A stretch of DNA of 64,000 nt. Origin: an uncultured Clostridia bacterium (GTDB taxonomy: Bacteria; Bacillota; Clostridia; Christensenellales; UBA1242). The stretch lies in the NCBI GenBank assembly GCA_945919375.1, contig CAMEJD010000006.1:7406-71405 (forward strand). The letters are read 5' to 3'. This document shows positions 17,240-26,886 of this stretch, piece by piece. Made by a program: the position numbers and the translations under genes. Position 1 is the first letter of the stretch. Each line of letters starts with the position of its first letter. A model generated the notes under the pieces. That model was not told the origin of the DNA. It did no database searches and saw only the letters and a list, made by a program, of their open reading frames with translations.

Positions 17240-17728
17240 TCAATTAACAGATTTTATTGTTACATAATATGACACAGAATCGTTTACTTTTACAAGTACT
17301 TTATCTCCTGCTTTTTTACCCCAAACTGCTTGTCCGAATGGAGAATCTTTACTAATTTTATTATTTATTGCATCTTGTCCAACTGTTGAAGTTATTTCAT
17401 AAGTTTCAGTGCTCCCGTCATCATCATAGATTACTTCAACTTTACTATTTATTCCGATGCAATCTGAATTTTGTTTTGATTCAACAATTTTGGCTGTCTT
17501 TATCATATTTTGCAAATATTCAATTCTACTTTCATTTCTACCTTTTGCACGTCTTGCTTCATGATATTCGGCATTTTCCGAGAAATCACCCCATTCTTTT
17601 GCCTGCATTATTTTTTCGTGCAAATCATTCCTAATTACAGTTATTCTGTAATCTAGTTCTTCTTGCATTTTTTGTATATCTTCACGAGTTAATTCATCGT
17701 ACATAATTTTACCTTCTTTCTTTTGCAT
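17240..17728 (-). CDS. greA: Transcription elongation factor GreA
   Basis: LTREDIQKMQEELDYRITVIRNDLHEKIMQAKEWGDFSENAEYHEARRAKGRNESRIEYLQNMI plus the C-terminal FKBP-like domain. An alternative start is ATG 17704 (MYDEL). Confidence 0.9.
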   Translation of the reverse strand: MQKKEGKIMYDELTREDIQKMQEELDYRITVIRNDLHEKIMQAKEWGDFSENAEYHEARRAKGRNESRIEYLQNMIKTAKIVESKQNSDCIGINSKVEVIYDDDGSTETYEITSTVGQDAINNKISKDSPFGQAVWGKKAGDKVLVKVNDSVSYYVTIKSVN

Positions 17729-17810
17729 AGCATTTTATCACAAAACTTAAAAAAAGTAAAATAACATTTGTACAAACATACCAGTATCAAGAATGATAAA
17801 TAATAAAAAA

Positions 17811-17840
17811 ATATGACAATTTTAAAATCGTCATATTCTT
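17811..17840 (-). terminator. Intrinsic terminator downstream of rplA
   Basis: ATATGAC...GTCATAT hairpin followed by T7 on the minus strand. Confidence 0.65.
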
Positions 17841-17847
17841 TGTTTTG

Positions 17848-18534
17848 TTATGCTCTTGTGTTAAGCTTAATTCCAGGTCCCATACTACTTGCAACAACAA
17901 CATTACGGATATATTGTCCTTTTGCTGATGCTGGTTTTGCTTTGATTATGGCATTTATTAAAGTGTCATAGTTTTCAGCAAGTTTTTCGCTTCCAAAACT
18001 AAGTTTTCCAATTACAACGTGAATGTTGTTTGATTTATCCAAACGATATTCAACCTTTCCGGCTTTAACATCGTGAATTGCTTTTTTAACATCCATAGTA
18101 ACTGTTCCGCTCTTTGGGTTTGGCATCAAACCTTTTGGTCCAAGAACTCTAGCGATTCTACCAACAACACCCATCATATCTGGAGTTGTGATACAAACAT
18201 CAAAGTCAAGCCAGTTTTCATTGGCAATTTTTGCAACAACATCTTCAGCACCAACAACGTCAGCACCTGCTTGTTCAGCTTCTGTTGCCTTGTCGCCTTT
18301 TGCGATAACTAAAACTTTAACTTTTTTACCTGTTCCATTTGGAAGAACAACAACGCCACGAACTTGTTGGTCAGCGTTTCTTCCATCAACACCCAAACGA
18401 ACGTGAAGTTCAACAGTTTCATCAAACTTTGCTTTTGGGGCATTTGTCATGATATCAAAAGCTTCTTTTGGTTCATAAAGCTTTTTGCTATCAATAGAAC
18501 TCTTTATTGATTGGTATCTTTTACCGTTATTCAT
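17848..18534 (-). CDS. rplA: 50S ribosomal protein L1
   Basis: [34 protein letters not shown] and the rest of the protein is full-length L1-like. Confidence 0.97.
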   Translation of the reverse strand: MNNGKRYQSIKSSIDSKKLYEPKEAFDIMTNAPKAKFDETVELHVRLGVDGRNADQQVRGVVVLPNGTGKKVKVLVIAKGDKATEAEQAGADVVGAEDVVAKIANENWLDFDVCITTPDMMGVVGRIARVLGPKGLMPNPKSGTVTMDVKKAIHDVKAGKVEYRLDKSNNIHVVIGKLSFGSEKLAENYDTLINAIIKAKPASAKGQYIRNVVVASSMGPGIKLNTRA

Positions 18535-18572
18535 AATAGCCTCCTGTGGTATTTACGAGTTAATCTCTTCCA

Positions 18573-19001
18573 CTATTCTTCAACTGTAACTCCCATGCTT
18601 CTTGCTGTGCCCTTAATCATTGACATAGCTTGTTCAACTGATGAAGCATTGAGATCTGGCATTTTTGTTTCTGCGATTTCGCGAACTTGTGCCATAGTTA
18701 ACTTTCCGACTTTTTGTTTGTTTGGCTTACCTGATGCTGTTTCCAAACCAAGAGCCTTTTTAATTAAAACAGCTGCTGGTGGAGTTTTGAGCACGAAGTC
18801 AAATGATCTGTCTTGATAAATTGTTATCACAACAGGGATGATAAGTCCTGCTTGTTTGGCAGTTTTATCGTTAAATTCTTTGGTAAAACCTGCAATGTTG
18901 ATACCATGAGGACCAAGTGATGAACCTACTGGTGGTCCTGGTGTGGCTTTACCTGCTGGCAATTGCAATTTTACAATTGCATTGATTTTTTTTGCTGGCA
19001 T
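18573..19001 (-). CDS. rplK: 50S ribosomal protein L11
   Basis: [34 protein letters not shown] is the canonical L11 N-terminus. Confidence 0.97.
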   Translation of the reverse strand: MPAKKINAIVKLQLPAGKATPGPPVGSSLGPHGINIAGFTKEFNDKTAKQAGLIIPVVITIYQDRSFDFVLKTPPAAVLIKKALGLETASGKPNKQKVGKLTMAQVREIAETKMPDLNASSVEQAMSMIKGTARSMGVTVEE

Positions 19002-19135
19002 AATAAAATCCTCCTTAAGTGGTGATTACAAAGGACAGCAAATATCCTTCTCCCACGATATATATTTTAACAAGTTTTCACTTGATAAAACCTAAATAAT
19101 AATGCGTTTTGCAACCTTATTGGTTGCACAAAAAG

Positions 19136-19666
19136 TTAGTCTGTAACTTTTTGAATTTGCGAATAGTCCAACTCAACTATTGTTTCACGACCAAACATTT
19201 CAACAGCAACTTTGCATCTTGAGTTTACTCCGTCAACTTCTGTTATTGTTCCAATTTGATTTTCAAGTGGACCGTCTATTACCTTAACTTTGTCGCCCTT
19301 TTCAAGGTCAACTTCAACAACAACCCTTTCAAGGTGCATTCTTTGAACTTCTTCTGGAGAAAGTTCAAGTGGACGACCTTTTGGACCTGTGAATCCAGTT
19401 ACACCACGAGTTCTTGTCACATTGTGCCAAATATCATCAGCGTAACGCATTTTGACGAGAAGATATCCTGGCATTGTTTTTCTTTGAATAAGTTTTTTCT
19501 TTCCGTTCTTTTCTTCAATAACATTTTCTGTTGGGATAATAATGTCCATAATTCTATCTTGAAGGCCATATTTTACTGCCATTGTTTCAAGATTTTCTTT
19601 GGCAACATTTTCATACCCTGAATATGTGTGAAGAACATACCATTTTGGTTCTAAATTTTCTTCCAT
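19136..19666 (-). CDS. nusG: Transcription termination/antitermination factor NusG
   Basis: KWYVLHTYSGYENVAKENL (NGN domain) and the C-terminal KOW (GDKVKVIDGPLENQIGTITEV). It sits in the conserved position between secE and rplK. Confidence 0.95.
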   Translation of the reverse strand: MEENLEPKWYVLHTYSGYENVAKENLETMAVKYGLQDRIMDIIIPTENVIEEKNGKKKLIQRKTMPGYLLVKMRYADDIWHNVTRTRGVTGFTGPKGRPLELSPEEVQRMHLERVVVEVDLEKGDKVKVIDGPLENQIGTITEVDGVNSRCKVAVEMFGRETIVELDYSQIQKVTD

Positions 19667-19677
19667 ATATTCTCTCC

Positions 19678-20034
19678 TTACGCAACACTATGGATTAAAA
19701 GGCTAAAAATCCAAGCAAGTAATCTATCTATTCCAAATAGTACTACTGCAAATATAAGGACTACTGCTAAAACAACTCCCGTTTTTTTAACAACACTTCC
19801 AAATGTTGGCCAAGTTACCTTTTTAAGTTCACTTGTTGTTTCTTTTACTTTTTTGCCAAGCTTTGATGGTTTTTTGTCTTTTTTCTTCTTATCCTTTTTT
19901 TGATCTTTAACTGCCTTTTGATCATTGGCAACCTTTTTTGATTGTTCCGCACCGGTTTTGACAGTATCTTTTGCCTCAACTACGGTTCCTGTTCCAAGTT
20001 CGCTTGCAGTTTTGTTTTCGTTATTTTCTGCCAT
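19678..20034 (-). CDS. secE: Preprotein translocase subunit SecE with a long K-rich N-terminal extension
   Basis: C-terminal ELKKVTWPTFGSVVKKTGVVLAVVLIFAVVLFGIDRLLAWIF is the SecE TM signature. Synteny is rpmG-secE-nusG. Confidence 0.8.
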   Translation of the reverse strand: MAENNENKTASELGTGTVVEAKDTVKTGAEQSKKVANDQKAVKDQKKDKKKKDKKPSKLGKKVKETTSELKKVTWPTFGSVVKKTGVVLAVVLIFAVVLFGIDRLLAWIFSLLIHSVA

Positions 20035-20044
20035 AAGTTACTCC

Positions 20045-20206
20045 TTATTTTGTTTCTTTGTGAACAGTGTGTTTATTGCATCTTGGGCAATATTTTGAAA
20101 TTTCAATTCTGTCTGGTTGGCTTCTTTTGTTTTTGCTTGTTGAATAATTTCTTTCTTTGCATTCTGTGCAAGCAAGTGTTACTAATGTTCTTGTTGGATT
20201 TGCCAT
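20045..20206 (-). CDS. rpmG: 50S ribosomal protein L33
   Basis: Too short for the ORF track. My translation is [53 protein letters not shown] (53 aa, CxxC..CxxC). A GGAG sits 8 nt upstream. Confidence 0.9.
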   Translation of the reverse strand: MANPTRTLVTLACTECKERNYSTSKNKRSQPDRIEISKYCPRCNKHTVHKETK

Positions 20207-20267
20207 AATATCTCTCCTTAATTTTCTCTACTTAAAAAAAACACCCGAGATTTTCAAGTGCACCTAG

Positions 20268-20296
20268 ATATTACCATATGTCCAGCATTTTGTCAA
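20268..20296 (-). promoter_or_regulatory. Sigma-A-type promoter TTGACA-N17-TAATAT for rpmG-secE-nusG
   Basis: Minus strand: TTGACA at 20291-20296 and TAATAT at 20268-20273. Confidence 0.5.
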
Positions 20297-20364
20297 CAAT
20301 ATTTTAAATATTTTCATACTAACTTTTATTTGACAAATGTACTAATATTTTTTAGAATATAACT

Positions 20365-21174
20365 ATGGAAATAATTGATTACACAAAAAAGAATAGTCTT
20401 GCAGAACAAAAGTCCGAAAATGAACTTATGGACGACATTAAACACGATTTGAAAGATCAAAAAAGTGTTGATGTTTTTAATGCATTAAATTTGTATAATG
20501 AAAATTTGGGAAAGTTGTATGAGGAACAAGGTTACAACCCATTTGATAGTGATTTCTCTCTTGATGAAGAATTTACGGCAGATATTTTGGAAATCAAGAG
20601 CAAAAAAGGAAAGGCTTTCCCCGAACCTTTTTTAGATGCAAACAACAAAAACATTTCAAAAAATTTTGACATTGCAATAGAGAACAACAACAATATTTTG
20701 CAAGAAATCCAAAACAAACTTAATGGCAATATTTCTGCACAAGATAAGAAACAACTCAAAAAAATGATTGTAACCCTAAAAAATCGTGGCGAACTTCTTA
20801 AACTTGCAAAAGAAAAATTAAAACAAAAAGATGCAAATGCGCTAAAAATGTATCTTGAAATATATGGTCTTGACAGTGAACTTAGTGAACTTTTGGAATC
20901 TAGTTTTACCGAAAAAGTCAATTCGATTATTTTGTCGCAAAAACTTTTTGATTTATCAAGAAGTCGTGCAATATTAAACAATGCTCGCATATTAAAACAG
21001 CAAGAAGCAAGGCAAGAAAAGGAACAAACTGCAACCACAGAAGTTCAAAATACAAACAACATTGAAAAAGAACAAACAATAAAACAAGAGCAACCAAAAA
21101 TAAGAGAAATGCCCAAAATACCAACCAAATCAAAAATTCAAGAAAAACCATCTAATAACGAATTTAATTTATGA
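20365..21174 (+). CDS. Hypothetical K/E/Q-rich (coiled-coil-like) protein
   Basis: 269-aa ORF with no recognisable domain. The start codon assignment is uncertain. Confidence 0.4.
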   Translation: MEIIDYTKKNSLAEQKSENELMDDIKHDLKDQKSVDVFNALNLYNENLGKLYEEQGYNPFDSDFSLDEEFTADILEIKSKKGKAFPEPFLDANNKNISKNFDIAIENNNNILQEIQNKLNGNISAQDKKQLKKMIVTLKNRGELLKLAKEKLKQKDANALKMYLEIYGLDSELSELLESSFTEKVNSIILSQKLFDLSRSRAILNNARILKQQEARQEKEQTATTEVQNTNNIEKEQTIKQEQPKIREMPKIPTKSKIQEKPSNNEFNL

Positions 21175-21181
21175 TAAAAAG

Positions 21182-21210
21182 AAAAAATGTGGCAATTGCC
21201 ACATTTTTTT
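21182..21210. terminator. Bidirectional intrinsic terminator
   Basis: AAATGTGGCAATTGCCACATTT palindrome flanked by an A-run and a T7 run. Confidence 0.75.
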
Positions 21211-22339
21211 ATGAATTTATTATTTTGTCAACAAACTTTAATTCGTTTGTATATTCAGGGATTTGCTCATCATAATACATTCCATAAATTGTTATGCTGG
21301 AATCGGCACTCACCTTGCATTGCGAAAGCAATTTTTTTATTAGCAATACAACTTCTTCTGCATGTTTTCCATCACTGCCATATGCCTCATCCAAAATATC
21401 GTATATATGAAACATATTTGGAATAAACAAAACCACATTGTAACCATGGTAATATAGCGAATTTATAACATTTATCGCATCAATAATTGTATCCTTTGAA
21501 AATAATGCTACTTCTTCATTCATGGAAGTAACCTGAACTAAGTTTTGAATTCTATCAAATTTTAGTTTTGTTTCGATGGAAATATCAACTCCCAATGCAA
21601 CAAACTTTGCATTGGCAATTTTTAATGAATTAACTTTTTCGTTTATAAAATTTATTGCACTATCTCTGTTTTTTGTGCAAACAAGTTGACTTTGCCCAAG
21701 TTTAAAACCATTATCATCAATAACCGTTTTTGGCAACACATATTCTTTATCTTTGTTGTAAACATTTTCTTGTGGGTTAATGCCATTTATTGCAATAATT
21801 GATTTTAGTTTTGCAAAATTTGTTTTTGGATTAAGAAAGGCATATCCAACAAGAATGTCGCCTTCCATAACGTTGTATTTTTCAATATCTTCTTGATCAA
21901 TAACAATATATATTTTTTGAGATATTTTTTTGTAATTCAAAAAATAATAATCATTTTTTTGGGTTCTTCTAACATACCCCATAACATCAATCAATTTTAG
22001 ACATGCTTCGCCATCAAAGTCTTTTAGATTTTGCTCAAACCTAATTTTTCCAAAATTATCATTGTCAGAAATCTCAAACTTGCTTTCAAGTTCTTCATCT
22101 CCCATTGCTATATATTTTGAAATTAAAGTATCTTGATTTCCATGATTTTTTACCGGCCTACCAAAATGCCTGTTAAATTGAGGTTTTGCTTGCCCAGATC
22201 TAATTTTCTTTATTTCATCAATCAAAATTTGGCGTTTTTTTGAAGTTGGAGATTTTACCCCCACACTTCTTGCAAGTGTTCTCAATTCATGAATTCCCAA
22301 GTCTTCCAATTCATCATAAGTTTTATTTTCCATTGTCAT
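21209..22339 (-). CDS. Rho-like protein lacking the Walker A P-loop
   Basis: Rho_N-like LEDLGIHELRTLARSVGVKSPTSKKRQILIDEI. CSD-like GYVRRTQKNDYYF....IYIVIDQEDIEKYNVMEGDILVGYA. RecA-like remnant VVLFIPNMFHIYD (compare Rho VIILLDSITRLARA) and SSITIYGMYY (compare GSLTIIATAL). The position of GQRGLIVAPPKAGKT reads GQSQLVCTKNRDSAI. Confidence 0.55.
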   Translation of the reverse strand: MTMENKTYDELEDLGIHELRTLARSVGVKSPTSKKRQILIDEIKKIRSGQAKPQFNRHFGRPVKNHGNQDTLISKYIAMGDEELESKFEISDNDNFGKIRFEQNLKDFDGEACLKLIDVMGYVRRTQKNDYYFLNYKKISQKIYIVIDQEDIEKYNVMEGDILVGYAFLNPKTNFAKLKSIIAINGINPQENVYNKDKEYVLPKTVIDDNGFKLGQSQLVCTKNRDSAINFINEKVNSLKIANAKFVALGVDISIETKLKFDRIQNLVQVTSMNEEVALFSKDTIIDAINVINSLYYHGYNVVLFIPNMFHIYDILDEAYGSDGKHAEEVVLLIKKLLSQCKVSADSSITIYGMYYDEQIPEYTNELKFVDKIINS

Positions 22340-22403
22340 CTCGCCTTTTCAAAAGTAATATAGCATATATTTGTAAAAAAAGTAAATGTTTTTGCATACT
22401 TTA

Positions 22404-23762
22404 TTACAAAAGTAAATTTCCGTTATCTGTTTCAACAATCTTTAAAATGTTTTCAATTTGATTTGTTTGTGCATTAACATAAAAGTAATAAGTTTCGTCA
22501 TTTTTGACACAAATATTTTCATAGCACAACACTTCCCTGTTATAGTCAAGCGGTGCAAGGCATAATCTTGTTTCAATAATCTCATATCCATTTGGGACTT
22601 TTGTTCTTGCTGTTGTGCTTGTTATTTTTGGAATATCTAACTTTCTTTGAATATGATTTGTGAAATATGTTGTTGATTCGTAACCGATAACATTACCAAG
22701 TGCCAAATCAACTTTAACTTTAACAAGGTCAGGATAAATTATGACACCATTTTGAATTGGTGCAAGGTTTATATATGCATCCCCACCAATAATATCACTC
22801 CAAACACATTCCATATTCCCCAATCCGTTTTGTTCTGCAAAACTTATTGCAATGTCCTTTGCTTGCTTTAATGTATAATTTTGTTTGGAACTATTATCAC
22901 TACAACTCATTGTTAGAAGATGTGCCCCATTTTGCGACACTTGTACATATATAGTTTGGTTGCCATTTCCAAATAATTCAAAATCGTAAGTTTTAAACTT
23001 TCCATTTGTTTCACCAAGATATGAACAACTGCTTTTTGAGATATTTTTGAAAATATCAACCAATTTTTGTTTTGCAGTTTCTTTGTCTACCTTTTCATCA
23101 TTAAGATTTTTAATCTTTTTATTTACTGTGCTATCCGAAAATGGACCATCATATATCATTGTTGGATATTCAACATCTCCTGCTTTTATATTTTGAAGTT
23201 TTAGTGTAAACTCGTTGTAATCTCCATCAAGTTTTGTGCTTTGATTAAAGATATTATTTGAATAGATATTTTTTGAAAGTTCATTTATCTTTGTTTTTAG
23301 CATTGAAAAACTATCTCTTAGTTTTTCAAGTGTTGAAATCTCTTCATTTGACAAGGTTTCACCTTTTTCCAATTTCGACGCCATAACTTCTGTATATCCA
23401 CCCACTTGATTTATGAATTTTATTGTTTCATCAATACCATGTATCGACACAGGTAAACTAGCAAGATTTGTGCTTGCCATTGATGAATTTTTACTAATTT
23501 CATTCAACAGTTTTTTTGCATAAGAATTATAATCCGAAGCACACACTTTGCTTAATTTTACTTCAACATTGTTTACATTATCTACTAGTTCACTAAAATT
23601 TTTTTGATATACATTTTCCAAGTCGGTTTTAAGATTGTTTTGATTTGACATTGAAATTGAATACAAAACTACAAGTGTTACAAGTGCAACCGAAAGTATT
23701 GAAATTACTATAATAGTTAAAATGGTTTTTCCGTTATTCTTTTTTATTTTTGCATTTTCCAT
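22404..23762 (-). CDS. ypeB: Germination protein YpeB
   Basis: N-terminal TM, then LENVYQKNFSELVDNVNNVEVKLSKV typical of YpeB, and C-terminal PepSY-like repeats. It lies immediately downstream of sleB. Start moved to ATG 23762 (MENAK). Confidence 0.8.
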   Translation of the reverse strand: MENAKIKKNNGKTILTIIVISILSVALVTLVVLYSISMSNQNNLKTDLENVYQKNFSELVDNVNNVEVKLSKVCASDYNSYAKKLLNEISKNSSMASTNLASLPVSIHGIDETIKFINQVGGYTEVMASKLEKGETLSNEEISTLEKLRDSFSMLKTKINELSKNIYSNNIFNQSTKLDGDYNEFTLKLQNIKAGDVEYPTMIYDGPFSDSTVNKKIKNLNDEKVDKETAKQKLVDIFKNISKSSCSYLGETNGKFKTYDFELFGNGNQTIYVQVSQNGAHLLTMSCSDNSSKQNYTLKQAKDIAISFAEQNGLGNMECVWSDIIGGDAYINLAPIQNGVIIYPDLVKVKVDLALGNVIGYESTTYFTNHIQRKLDIPKITSTTARTKVPNGYEIIETRLCLAPLDYNREVLCYENICVKNDETYYFYVNAQTNQIENILKIVETDNGNLLL

Positions 23763-23772
23763 ATTTCTCTCC

Positions 23773-24450
23773 TTATAATGCAAACACGTGTTTGCCAATT
23801 GTAACAACGGTTTGTCTTGACCATATCCATTTGCTTGTTGCAGTTTCGGGGTTATAATAATACAAACAACCATATGATGGGTCCCAACCATTCATAGCGT
23901 CCTTTGCCGCTGAATATGCACTGTCGTTTGGTTCCAAATTGATTTGCCCATCATTTACTGCTGTAAATGCCCATGGCTGATAAATTACACCGCTAATTGT
24001 ATTTGGAAATTCCGCACTTTTTACTCGGTTTAATATAACTGCAGCAACTGCAACTTGTCCAACATAAGGCTCACCCCTTGCTTCTGCATGCACACATTTT
24101 GCAAGAAGATATAAGTCACTGTTTGTGTAAGATGATGAAGTATCCAAAAGTCCAAGGGCTTTTAATGTGTTTTTGCCAACTATTCCGTCAACAGTAAGTC
24201 CATAATCTCGTTGAAAGTTTTTTATTGCTTGAACACTTTTTGTCCCAAGTATTCCATCAATATTTCCACTGTAATATCCCAAGTCTTTTAACTTTTGTTG
24301 GACATTTTGATTTTGATTTGTGCTTTGTGATGTTGGCAAGGCAGGTTCTTGAGCACTAAATGGTGTAAAATAATTTAATGTTGCAATCGTTCCACCATAA
24401 AATATGCCAAACACAAGCAAGATTATTGCAAATATTTTTCGCTTTGTCAT
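23773..24450 (-). CDS. sleB: Spore cortex-lytic enzyme SleB
   Basis: PG_binding_1 (LKDLGYYSGNIDGILGTKSVQAIKNFQRDYGLTVDGIVGKNTLKAL) plus Hydrolase_2 (LLAKCVHAEARGEPYVGQVAVAAVILNRVKSAEFPNTISGVIYQPWAFTAV). Confidence 0.85.
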   Translation of the reverse strand: MTKRKIFAIILLVFGIFYGGTIATLNYFTPFSAQEPALPTSQSTNQNQNVQQKLKDLGYYSGNIDGILGTKSVQAIKNFQRDYGLTVDGIVGKNTLKALGLLDTSSSYTNSDLYLLAKCVHAEARGEPYVGQVAVAAVILNRVKSAEFPNTISGVIYQPWAFTAVNDGQINLEPNDSAYSAAKDAMNGWDPSYGCLYYYNPETATSKWIWSRQTVVTIGKHVFAL

Positions 24451-24453
24451 ATA

Positions 24454-24975
24454 CTAATCTCCTTTGATAATTGATTTTAGTATCTCCAAAATTCTAGATT
24501 TATACATAACATCTTGACTCTTGTTTGAAATAAAGCATAAGGGTGGATACACTACGCACCACCAATTATCACCTTTTGCCGAACCAAGTTCAACGATAAT
24601 CGCATCATATATCCCCGCCTTTAAAACTGTTCCGTCATAACTTCTATCTGGGAATTTTTCCCTGTGGAATTTTACTTTGCTTGTATAGTTAAAATTATTA
24701 TCTTTTAGAATATTGTTTGCAATATCTTCCATTCCGCCTAATCTTAAATTTATTTGTGTTACAAAATCGTTCCTTGTTTTGCACTTTGCAATATAAGGAA
24801 TAAGGTAAGACACTATTTCGTCTTTTATTTTGTATTTAATGTTCTGGTCAATTGAAAGGTTTGAATTTGCTCTGATATGGATTCTTATGTATTCTTCTTT
24901 TTTGTTTGGAACAAGACCAAGACATATGATTAGTATTGAAACTACTATACAAATTATTGAAATAAATTTTTTCAC
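24454..24975 (-). CDS. spoIIR: Stage II sporulation protein R
   Basis: IRIHIRANSNLSIDQNIKYKIKDEIVSYL and GDNWWCVVYPPLCF are SpoIIR signatures. GTG start at 24975. Confidence 0.8.
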   Translation of the reverse strand: MKKFISIICIVVSILIICLGLVPNKKEEYIRIHIRANSNLSIDQNIKYKIKDEIVSYLIPYIAKCKTRNDFVTQINLRLGGMEDIANNILKDNNFNYTSKVKFHREKFPDRSYDGTVLKAGIYDAIIVELGSAKGDNWWCVVYPPLCFISNKSQDVMYKSRILEILKSIIKGD

Positions 24976-24992
24976 TATTTTTTCTCCCGATT

Positions 24993-25022
24993 ATTTATTG
25001 CCATAATAATGTTATGTTATAC
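24993..25022 (-). promoter_or_regulatory. Possible sigma-F-type promoter (GTATA-N15-GGCAATAAAT)
   Basis: Minus strand: GTATA at 25018-25022 and GGCAATAAAT at 24993-25002. This is a partial match (8 of 10) to the B. subtilis sigma-F -10 pattern GGnnAnAHTR as I remember it, and spoIIR is sigma-F dependent there. Confidence 0.3.
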
Positions 25023-25225
25023 ATATTTTAAAAAGTGATTAAAATTTCTTAAAATTCACACATTGATGTCGGCAGGTAAAAAGCAAATCAAATGAGATTT
25101 ATTCTTTTATTATTTTGTTTTTAAATGTATTTAATAAATTAAAATAAAATAATAATAAAAATGTGCAAATAAATATTGCACATTTTTTGGAGGAATAATA
25201 AATTATTTTATTTTTAATTTTTTAT

Positions 25226-26758
25226 TTATTTTTCCAATTTATAATAAATTGCCAATTTTTCGTCTTTTTCTAATATTTCTTTTAAATCTGGATTTTGATT
25301 ATATAATAATTCTTCTTTTATGTTTAATTTTTTTGCAATATCCCAAGTATTTTCACCTGCTTTTGCAAAATATATTTCAATTGCACAATCTTTTTGTGGA
25401 TATTCATCCAAATAATTCAGTTCAGAAATAACTGCACCCGTTGTTGTTTTACAAACATTACTTCTTACTTTTAGTGTTGCATCAACATAAACATCTCTAC
25501 CTTTTTTAACTAGAACGTCAACATCGCAAACTTTTATATCTGTATCAAGCAAAACTGTTCCGTCATAGTCAACTTGCGTTGAAACTGCAAAAGGAATTTC
25601 TATGTCAAGTGCACAAACTTTTGCTTCGTCTTCATTAAAATATATTAAATTGCTTTGAATGACTCCGCTCACATTGTAAGTGCCGTTGTCTATGTATTCA
25701 TTTGTAATTATTGCTTTTGAATAATTGACTGCAAGCAGTTTGTCAATTCTAGGTTCGTTTTCGTCAACAACCAAACTACCTTCAACTTTTTTATCAAAAT
25801 TGATAGGTTCGCAAGGCACTTGATTTTCAAAACTAGACATTGTTATTGTTGTTTGTTTTTCTGTTGAATAAAGGTCTTTTATCATTGTTTGCGTTTGGGT
25901 ACTATAAACTCTTATGCATACATCAAGTGGAATTACTATTGCAATTTTTATATCGTCATCTTTTTGTTCAATATTTGTTTTTACATTACTTTTTTGAATT
26001 GACAAATCAACATCGCAATTTTTTTCTTTGGTTGCATGCTCACATTCTACTTCTTGTTTTACTTCATTTTTGGTATGTACTATTTTTATCTTTGGATTTT
26101 CTTCGTCAGTCAAATATGCAATATCGTTTTCTAATTCACAAGAAACTGCAACATAATTGGTTCCCATATCAACATTTTTTATATAGACTTCACTATTTGT
26201 GTACAATACTTGTTTTATTGGTTCTTTAACTTCGGCACAGACATTTTCTGTCCAAGATGAGTTATTTACATTCTCCATAGTGACATAACTTTGTTCTTCC
26301 ATTTTTGTGCAAATATCACTTTCAACATTTGCCAAATATGTAACTTCTTCATTGTTATATGCAAAACCTTCAAAAGACATATAAAGATTTACTTTTGCAA
26401 CTTGGGAATAAATGGAATTTACTTCGCCATTAAGTGACAAAGGCTTTACGCAAACTTTTGTGTTTGTGTTAATACTTTTATTTTGGATTTTTCCCGAGAA
26501 TGGCGATGTGTATGCCTCTGTGTAAATATTCCCATCGGTTGTGATATACACCAAATCTACAACTGCCGTACCTGTAAAGTTTGCTTCCCCAATCAAACTT
26601 TCGGTTGTTACTTTTTCTGCATTCACATTTATTGAAAGCACTTTATCGACTGTTTCGGTAGTTTCCAAATTTATGGAACATTCCAAACTTACATCACAAG
26701 AATCTAGTTTAGATTTGTTCAAAACCATAAATTTTTCGTTTGAATTGTTATTTGTCAT
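25226..26758 (-). CDS. DUF3794-like repeat protein with C-terminal LysM (SipL/SpoVID-like spore morphogenesis candidate)
   Basis: C-terminal LysM (IYFAKAGENTWDIAKKLNIKEELLYNQNP). The long beta-rich N-region resembles clostridial DUF3794/LysM proteins. Start taken at MTNNNS (ATG 26758). Confidence 0.5.
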   Translation of the reverse strand: MTNNNSNEKFMVLNKSKLDSCDVSLECSINLETTETVDKVLSINVNAEKVTTESLIGEANFTGTAVVDLVYITTDGNIYTEAYTSPFSGKIQNKSINTNTKVCVKPLSLNGEVNSIYSQVAKVNLYMSFEGFAYNNEEVTYLANVESDICTKMEEQSYVTMENVNNSSWTENVCAEVKEPIKQVLYTNSEVYIKNVDMGTNYVAVSCELENDIAYLTDEENPKIKIVHTKNEVKQEVECEHATKEKNCDVDLSIQKSNVKTNIEQKDDDIKIAIVIPLDVCIRVYSTQTQTMIKDLYSTEKQTTITMSSFENQVPCEPINFDKKVEGSLVVDENEPRIDKLLAVNYSKAIITNEYIDNGTYNVSGVIQSNLIYFNEDEAKVCALDIEIPFAVSTQVDYDGTVLLDTDIKVCDVDVLVKKGRDVYVDATLKVRSNVCKTTTGAVISELNYLDEYPQKDCAIEIYFAKAGENTWDIAKKLNIKEELLYNQNPDLKEILEKDEKLAIYYKLEK

Positions 26759-26886
26759 AATTCCTCCAATAATCACTGATATACTTTACGAATGAGATTT
26801 AATTTTTAGAACAATTTTTGCAAAAAATTATTATTACACTTTGAAATTTGTTTTGTTTATGATATTTTTATACTAAGGAGAAAAAT

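Noticed and set aside
16229-17840. Near-identical terminator hairpins (AAAAAAATATGACGAT...ATCGTCATAT at 16229 and ATATGACAAT...ATCGTCATAT at 17811) as possible direct repeats bounding a mobile segment.
   Set aside because: The enclosed segment contains the core gene greA. Each hairpin sits in a normal terminator position for its neighbouring genes. The similarity is short and AT-rich, so it is most simply a recurrent terminator sequence.
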